29,441 nt of DNA from a bacterium (GTDB lineage Bacteria > SZUA-182 > DTGQ01), in contig JBFMGO010000079.1 in the NCBI GenBank assembly GCA_040752695.1, positions 1 through 29,441 on the forward strand, given 5' to 3'. Within the stretch, counting starts at the first letter, position 1; the number at the start of each line of letters is the position of its first letter. The notes under the pieces were generated by a model. That model searched no databases, was not told the DNA's origin, and was given only the letters and a program-made list of their open reading frames with translations. Shown here one piece after another: positions 10,022 through 16,146 of the stretch. The position numbers and the translations under genes are program-made.

Positions 10022-11404
10022 ATGAGAAAAGCTGGTAATGTGCTGGTTATAACAACACTTTTGGCCCTTTCCCTGTCCCTGGGCCCCATATCCTGGCGGG
10101 GCTCTGCGGCCAGAGCGGAATCCTGGGTGAAAGTCGTCGACAAAGGATTTGGTGAGCCAAGCAACGATTATGCCTGGGGCATGGCCACCTTTCGGGGGAT
10201 GCTGTATGTGGGGACGCTCAACACGCTGAAAGGCGCGGAAATCTGGAGGAGCGGCAGTGGAGAGAAAGGCACCTGGCAGAGGGTTTATAATTCTCCCTCT
10301 GGCGTCTTCGGCAATGGCGGGATACGCTGTCTTTATGCTGACGGAGACGATGCCCTGTACGCCTGCGCATCGAACCTGCGCGGTGCACAGATTCTGAGAA
10401 CAACTAATGGCAGGACATGGATACCCGTTGCCAGAGCGGGAACCGGAGAATGGAGAAACTACAGCATCCGCTGCATGGTCCGCTTCAAAGACTACCTATA
10501 CGCAGGAGCAGGCCCCAAGAGTGCCAGCCTGTGCCGAAGCAAAACCGGCTTCTTTTGGAGACCGGTCAGAACTAATCCGAGCTTTGAATCCACCAAGGTC
10601 CTTGACCCTAACACAAATACCCTGATTACCAATAATGTCCTGATCGGAGAACTGGCGGTCTTTCATGATCAGCTCTACGTCTTCACCTGGGTCAAAGACT
10701 ATACGCCTGACGTGATGATTGGACAGATGGAAGCCGGGTTTGACCAACCGGTGGTATTTCCTGAACCTCCCGGCGCCTTTGAAATTTTTCGAAGCAGCGA
10801 TGGGGTGCAGTGGGAGAAGGTTGTGGGCCTGGATGACGAGTATGGCAACGGAATGGGCTTTTGCCTCCGTGATCCGGTGTATGGCCTTGAGAACGACGTT
10901 GTCACCTCAACGACTGTATTCAATGACCGGTTGTACCTGGGAACGCAGAATTCCACCGGGAAAACCACGATCTGGAGGACGGCCAATGGTACGGACTGGG
11001 AAAAGATCCTTGATTTTCCCGATGACTATGAAGAAAACTGCAACTATTACATCTGGCGCATGATCCCTTTCCATGGCAAGCTTTACATCGGTACTATGAA
11101 CGTGGGTGTTGTGGGAACTCCCGGTGTAACCGGAGCCCAGATATGGAGGACCGATTCCGGGGACCAATACTCCTTTTACAACCTTGTCCACAACGGCTTT
11201 AAAGAAGAATCCTTCGTTGTCTATGAAAATATCGTGTTGCCGAAAAACTATGGCATCCGCAACTTCGGCATTCTCAACGATACCCTGTTCGCAGGTACAG
11301 CCACCACTATCAGCGCACCATTACCAAAGTATGGGCCGGAAGATAAACTGCTGGACATCGTCGGCAAAGATATTGGGTGCGAAATCTGGAAGATGGTCGA
11401 ATGA
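10022..11404 (+). CDS. Secreted beta-propeller protein, paralog 7
   Basis: Start probably ATG 10022 (GGAGG at 10008-10012). Signal peptide ending ARA|ESW, same blade motifs. Confidence 0.85.
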   Translation: MRKAGNVLVITTLLALSLSLGPISWRGSAARAESWVKVVDKGFGEPSNDYAWGMATFRGMLYVGTLNTLKGAEIWRSGSGEKGTWQRVYNSPSGVFGNGGIRCLYADGDDALYACASNLRGAQILRTTNGRTWIPVARAGTGEWRNYSIRCMVRFKDYLYAGAGPKSASLCRSKTGFFWRPVRTNPSFESTKVLDPNTNTLITNNVLIGELAVFHDQLYVFTWVKDYTPDVMIGQMEAGFDQPVVFPEPPGAFEIFRSSDGVQWEKVVGLDDEYGNGMGFCLRDPVYGLENDVVTSTTVFNDRLYLGTQNSTGKTTIWRTANGTDWEKILDFPDDYEENCNYYIWRMIPFHGKLYIGTMNVGVVGTPGVTGAQIWRTDSGDQYSFYNLVHNGFKEESFVVYENIVLPKNYGIRNFGILNDTLFAGTATTISAPLPKYGPEDKLLDIVGKDIGCEIWKMVE

Positions 11405-11466
11405 TCGGATGCGAAATCTGGAAAATGCTCGAATGAGATGATACGGCCAAATGAGATGATACGGCC
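11404..11466 (+). repeat. Extra copy of the paralog C-terminus (IGCEIWKMLE*) followed by a 17-nt duplication
   Basis: 11404-11436 repeats 11372-11404 with four substitutions. AATGAGATGATACGGCC occurs twice (11432-11448, 11450-11466). Confidence 0.75.
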
Positions 11467-11491
11467 GTCGAACAGATCGCATGAAACCACT

Positions 11492-11523
11492 CAAGGGGCA
11501 CCAAAATCATTTGGTGCCCCTTG
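11492..11523 (+). terminator. Stem-loop closing the paralog array
   Basis: 14-bp perfect stem CAAGGGGCACCAAA-ATCA-TTTGGTGCCCCTTG. Confidence 0.6.
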
Positions 11524-11727
11524 CGGTTAAGGGGCAAAAATGAATAAAGTGTACGCTCCATAAGGCATAAGCATCCCCCTGATTTGGAAAAATGAGCTAT
11601 ATTCCCTCCTAAATGGTCCTTTCGCTAAGTGGTCCTCTCGCTAAAGGGTCCTCTCGCGAAGTAAATAATGCACTAATTAAATGGTTACTTGCAGAGGATC
11701 AACCCTACAAGTACAAGGGCTCCCTGT

Positions 11728-11830
11728 CGTCATTCCCGCGAAAGCTTAGAATCCAGGCTTTTCAAGGGCTTTTTGGATTCTAAGCTCCCCGCTTAATGCC
11801 TGCTCAGGACAGGCTCCGCTCAGAATGACG
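11728..11830. repeat. REP-like palindromic element of the CGTCATTCCCGCGAAAG...GAATGACG type
   Basis: Terminal inverted repeat CGTCATTC/GAATGACG and internal inverted repeat AGCTTAGAATCCA/TGGATTCTAAGCT. Relatives at 6755-6808 and 26001-26032. Confidence 0.7.
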
Positions 11831-12000
11831 GAGAGGATCACATTGATTGATTCTCCATCTGGCCGCGTATTTAATGTGTCACGTATTTACCGAATGATCC
11901 ACTAAGCCTAACTCTTTTGGAGCATTAGTGGCAGAATCGTGGCGCGTTACACTCCTAACGTAGGAAATTTCATTGGAGTACTTTTTGCAAAAACAAAATT

Positions 12001-12060
12001 CGCTCATATTTATAAGATAACACACCAAAGAAAAGATGTGATGGCTACTATATAAGAGCG
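12001..12060. mobile_element. 60-bp MITE with 8-bp target-site duplication (IS1595 family, ISH4-group-like ends)
   Basis: Ends CGCTCATATTTA / TATATAAGAGCG, flanked by ACAAAATT at 11993-12000 and 12061-12068. A second copy lies inverted at 25970-26071. Confidence 0.8.
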
Positions 12061-12331
12061 ACAAAATTTCGTAATGGGCGAAATTTGTTTATCGTCTTAG
12101 AGAAATAGTTGAGCAGCCGCAGCAGGATTCTTTTAATCCTTTTAGCGAAAAGAACCTCATAGAATTTTTGAGGAATTCATCACCGCATTACAAAAATGTG
12201 GTGATCAATGAAGGGGGGAAATATTCTCAGTTTTCAGGTCAATTGGAGTAGAACGTAAACGACAATGGTTCATGCAATGTAAGCCTCCTTCCCTTATCGG
12301 GAAGGGCGAAAGGAATTATGGTGAGAGAAAA

Positions 12332-13804
12332 ATGCCAAGCAATAAAATAGATCAGGTAGAACTATTGAGAAACTTGCACACTGGGACGTTTATTTTACAA
12401 AAAGGTATTATGGTACTGTTCTTAGTCTTTTCTTTCTTATTGTCGAATATTATTACTACTTTCAATACATGTTGCGCGGAAAATAATGATTATAATCCAT
12501 ATTGTTCTGGAGATAATGATAAGATCCAGGAACTGACTGAGGAATTTCTTCAGAAATATGGTGAAGAGGTTAAAATCAGTCGGAATGATGATACGGGTAT
12601 ACCAGTACGTATTCGTCACGCTTATTACGATGAGCCAGAAGTAAATATGGATGATCCGGCGGGAATAGCCTTTTCTTTTTTGTCGGAGAATTCGTTATTC
12701 CTCGGTATTGATATAAATGAGATCGGGTTTGATGATATAAAAGATCTGTCAGAATTATATCAGGTTCATTTTCGTCAATTCTACAAAGGGGTACCGGTGG
12801 AGGAAAGTAGACGTGTGATGATTAATGTTTCTAAGAGTGTAAATGGAAGGGTTGAATTATTTTATAAGTCCGATTGCCTTGAGTATCTTACTTGCATTGA
12901 TCTTGATGTTGTCCCGACAATTATTGCAGAAGAGGCAGCGGAGGTTGTCAGGCAAGATCTAGGCATAAGCAGACTTGTTAATGTACAATGGGATCTTCCT
13001 AACCTCACTTACCCCTCTTACGATCCTTACAATCCTTATGGACCTCCTACCTATGGCCCTGCTACTGCTTACAGCTACAATGGAGGCAATCTTTTCAGCC
13101 CTGTCACCTATCCCTATAAAAAAGGAACGGAAGTAACGCCGGTTGTACCCAATCTGATTGTCTTACCCGACGCGAGAGATGGAAATGTATATCTATGCTG
13201 GAGATTTGCATTCTCAATTGCGGAACCATATGGCCCGTTCGGATCACACTACTATTTTATAGATGCCCATACAGGAGAAATAATCGCTCATACTCGAGGA
13301 GAAATCAGTATTACAGCAAGCAACGACACTTCTTCAAATAGCACAACCTCATCGAGTGGCAGTGCCTCTTCGAGTGTCACTACTTCTTCAAGCAGCACTG
13401 TCCCCAATCCCTACACTATTATCTACAGCCCGGCTTCTATCTACAGCCCGACTTCCAATCCTTACAACTATAACCATGGCTCTATTTATGCTCCTTACAA
13501 CCCTGACAATAATTATAATCCCTATGACCCTGTCTATGCTAACAACTCTAGTTATACTGCCTATAGCTTTCCAACTGCTGAAAATAATTCTGGCTGGTCT
13601 ACTGGTAGTTCCTTAAATCTGACGTTAAATTATTCCAGTAACTCATTTCAACTGACATTACCCCCCTCGATTGGCAGTGTGGGAAACTACAGCAACTCCT
13701 TAGGTGCTGGAAACTATAATATTTTTAATAGAGTAGCAAATTATTTTTCGCTCCCCCTTTCTTCTGTTTCTAATTCCTATTATGGCTTCCCGTATACGTT
13801 TTAA
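12332..13804 (+). CDS. Exported protein with fungalysin/thermolysin propeptide (FTP) and PepSY-like regions and a S/T/N/Y/P-rich tail; no protease domain
   Basis: Hydrophobic N-terminal segment, VHFRQFYKGVPVE (FTP-like), PTIIAEEA...YLCWRF...YFIDAHTGEII (PepSY-like), no HExxH. The start is uncertain (12272, 12332 or 12410). Confidence 0.7.
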   Translation: MPSNKIDQVELLRNLHTGTFILQKGIMVLFLVFSFLLSNIITTFNTCCAENNDYNPYCSGDNDKIQELTEEFLQKYGEEVKISRNDDTGIPVRIRHAYYDEPEVNMDDPAGIAFSFLSENSLFLGIDINEIGFDDIKDLSELYQVHFRQFYKGVPVEESRRVMINVSKSVNGRVELFYKSDCLEYLTCIDLDVVPTIIAEEAAEVVRQDLGISRLVNVQWDLPNLTYPSYDPYNPYGPPTYGPATAYSYNGGNLFSPVTYPYKKGTEVTPVVPNLIVLPDARDGNVYLCWRFAFSIAEPYGPFGSHYYFIDAHTGEIIAHTRGEISITASNDTSSNSTTSSSGSASSSVTTSSSSTVPNPYTIIYSPASIYSPTSNPYNYNHGSIYAPYNPDNNYNPYDPVYANNSSYTAYSFPTAENNSGWSTGSSLNLTLNYSSNSFQLTLPPSIGSVGNYSNSLGAGNYNIFNRVANYFSLPLSSVSNSYYGFPYTF

Positions 13805-13866
13805 TCATTGATTTTCATGGATTAGACTGCACCAAATTAAATATCTAATGGCAATCTTGATATACT

Positions 13867-13891
13867 AGGGAAAGGCCAATGGCCTTTCCCT
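13867..13891 (+). terminator. Stem-loop downstream of the FTP/PepSY gene
   Basis: AGGGAAAGGCCA-A-TGGCCTTTCCCT inverted repeat. Confidence 0.5.
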
Positions 13892-14203
13892 GCACCTATC
13901 TTTGCACCTATAGGCCCGCCTACTGATGATTCTACATGATAAGTATAAATATTCAATGTTATTTCTTTCTATATGATACTGGGGAACGGTAAATAAATTA
14001 CCCTCAGTTCTGATTTCCGGTAACATGATTCGTACCTCCTTATTTAATATATTTTCTTGAATATTTTTTTATCCCATATTTCTACTCCTATTATAGCAAA
14101 TCATAGGCTTATTGACTATAAACCGCGTTGTAGGGTTAACCTGTGTTCGGAATAATTGCCTATTTTTTTCCAGTTAATATACTGATTATAAAGGCATTTA
14201 TAG

Positions 14204-14298
14204 CATAGGTCAAAAAGTTGACCCATAGGCCAAAAAGTTGGCCTATTACACCAGTACTTGCCAAAACAGCCAAAACAGCCAAAACAGCCAAAACAGCC
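14204..14298. repeat. Two 20-nt palindromic units followed by (GCCAAAACA)x4
   Basis: CATAGGTCAAAAAGTTGACC / CATAGGCCAAAAAGTTGGCC, then a 9-nt tandem repeat at 14260-14298. Confidence 0.75.
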
Positions 14299-14425
14299 TT
14301 TGAGCAGCTCAAAAAGGCTTACACCCGCAAGGGAGCGGCGGAAAAAACGAAAAATGAGTGTCTGCCCCGGTCCAGTCAGCTTTTTAATATAACATCGTAA
14401 ATCATCCAGTAAAAAGTCCTGACCA

Positions 14426-14495
14426 AGAGTCCATCCCAAAACCTCCGGCAACAGGCGCGATTACTCATCTGAAAGGAGGTCTTGGGATAGATTCT
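14426..14495. mobile_element. 70-bp MITE-like element, family 2, copy 1
   Basis: Imperfect terminal inverted repeats AGAGTCCATCCCAAAACC / GGTCTTGGGATAGATTCT. Homologous to 24671-24740 (inverted), including CCATCCCAAAACCTCCGGCA. Confidence 0.7.
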
Positions 14496-14544
14496 GAGTT
14501 TTAATTTGTGTTTATATATTTTAACTGAATGGTTCCCAATGTTT

Positions 14545-14573
14545 TTGACAAAAAAACACATCTATGATAAATT
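14545..14573 (+). promoter_or_regulatory. Sigma70-type promoter for the moaE-like gene
   Basis: TTGACA-N17-TAAATT with an extended -10 TG. Confidence 0.55.
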
Positions 14574-14691
14574 TATGAAAAATCTAAATCTGCTCGCCCC
14601 ATAACTCGCTCCATAATAATTATGATATTCAACATGGCGGCGTGATATTCAACATGGGGGCGCTGCCATTAGAAAAGGCCAAAAAAGACCT

Positions 14692-15093
14692 ATGATCATC
14701 CAGGCACACGTTTCACGGCAAAACTTCGATTTACCATCTATTCTGCACCAGTTTGAGCAGAGAGAAACTCATCTGACAGGAAGTATCGTCATTCACAGAG
14801 GGAAAGTAAAATTCCCCGGTAAGAAGGTGGCAAATCTATCTTCTGTCCTGCTGGAGGAGCGGTTTGAGGGAAAGACCCAGGAGGAATTATACAGGGTAGG
14901 AGAGCGGGCAGGCGAGAAGTTTCACCTTCAGCAGGTTTATCTTAACCACACATTGGGGGATGTCAGACCTGGAGACGATATTCTCCTGGTGATTGTTTCG
15001 GCTGCTGACCGGGTGAGTGCTTTTTCGGCTGCTCAATGGATTGTTGATGAAGTAAAAAAAGAGAATATCATAGTCTTAAAAGAGATAGGTTAA
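14692..15093 (+). CDS. moaE: MoaE-like molybdopterin synthase large subunit (short form)
   Basis: GSIVIHRGKV, HTLGDVRPGDDILLVIVSAADRVSAF...IVDEVKKE resemble the MoaE HRxGxLxxGE...VxaxHR...AF...IDxLK pattern. Confidence 0.7.
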   Translation: MIIQAHVSRQNFDLPSILHQFEQRETHLTGSIVIHRGKVKFPGKKVANLSSVLLEERFEGKTQEELYRVGERAGEKFHLQQVYLNHTLGDVRPGDDILLVIVSAADRVSAFSAAQWIVDEVKKENIIVLKEIG

Positions 15094-15108
15094 AGAAGGT
15101 TAAATAAA

Positions 15109-16023
15109 ATGTATGACCCCAAAAAATATGATGATCTCGAAAAAACCAAGGTACTTTTCGTTGATGATTGCCCGGATCTTTTACTCCTTTACGAAACCCT
15201 GTTTCAAAAGTGTGACCAGGATGTCATCTTTCGTGCAGTCCAGTCAGGGGATAAGGCCCTTGATCTTCTTCGCGGCGAGCATTTCGACCTGTTGATTACC
15301 GACCTGACCCACTGCGGCGGCAGTGGGATTCCTTTTCTTGAATTAATCAGAAATTTCTGGCCGGATTTGCCGGTCATCGTCTGTTCCGGATACAGTTCTA
15401 CAACCAAAGTCGAAGAGGCCTTTCAATCGGGTGTGAAGGATTACATTATCAAGCCCTTTCATCCGTCCTGTCTGATCCAGGCCATACGCAACGTCCTGTT
15501 TGAATCAAAAGTGGGAACAGGCTACATCAAGCAATGCCTGGCTATGGTTTGCCATCATATTTCCTACCTGCTGGCACCAAACTGCAAGTCGGAATGGGGC
15601 CTCATCGGTGTAAAGAAGCCGGACTCGATCAGCATCGAAGATTGCAGCGATGCCGTGACTGCGGCCTATAGGATCACGCCCCCGCCCTACTCGGCCAGCA
15701 TTCCGGAGACTTCCGAAAATTTCCCTCTGGAACGGTTTACACCGCCGACGCTGGAATGCATTCAAACGAAAAATGTGGTAACCCTGGACTTTCCAGGCAT
15801 CCAGATTGTGGAAAAAAGCCGTGATCAGGCCAGGGTGCTGAGTCTGTCAACACTATTTTGTATCCCCCTCTTTATTCATTTGCCAGAGGTGCAATGCATT
15901 CACCTGTTTCCTCATTCCCCCAATTTTCCTGTACCCGTCAGTTGGAGCATTATCCTGAAAAAGGCTGAAAAACAGCTCGCTTCATCACTGCACCCCATTC
16001 AGAGGATCAACACAGGGGCATAA
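15109..16023 (+). CDS. Response regulator (N-terminal receiver domain, unassigned C-terminal domain)
   Basis: VLFVDD, DLLITD (phosphoacceptor), PVIVCSG, DYIIKPF. Confidence 0.8.
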   Translation: MYDPKKYDDLEKTKVLFVDDCPDLLLLYETLFQKCDQDVIFRAVQSGDKALDLLRGEHFDLLITDLTHCGGSGIPFLELIRNFWPDLPVIVCSGYSSTTKVEEAFQSGVKDYIIKPFHPSCLIQAIRNVLFESKVGTGYIKQCLAMVCHHISYLLAPNCKSEWGLIGVKKPDSISIEDCSDAVTAAYRITPPPYSASIPETSENFPLERFTPPTLECIQTKNVVTLDFPGIQIVEKSRDQARVLSLSTLFCIPLFIHLPEVQCIHLFPHSPNFPVPVSWSIILKKAEKQLASSLHPIQRINTGA

Positions 16024-16146
16024 CGAGACGAATTGGGGTATAACTTGGGGCATAACGAAACGAATTGTCTGCAAATGATGCGAAAAAAATGAAATCCGGA
16101 TGTGCTGAAAAAATGAAATCTGGATGTGTTTAAAAATGAAATACAA

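Noticed and set aside
134..11466. Diversity-generating retroelement as the source of paralog variation
   Set aside because: No reverse transcriptase or Avd gene in the window, no long template repeat, and the differences in the duplicated ends are not restricted to adenines.
1133..11561. Many overlapping or antisense ORFs in the array, some recurring between paralogs
   Set aside because: They are shadows of the conserved sense-strand coding sequence, with no recognisable domains.
12070..12330. c-di-GMP or other riboswitch in the leader of the FTP/PepSY gene
   Set aside because: Several hairpins are present but no recognisable consensus.
14204..14298. CRISPR array
   Set aside because: Repeats are contiguous with no unique spacers, and there are no cas genes.
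14116..14561. ORFs containing CFGCFGCFG or KTAKTAKTA
   Set aside because: They are translations of a 9-nt intergenic tandem repeat and a MITE.
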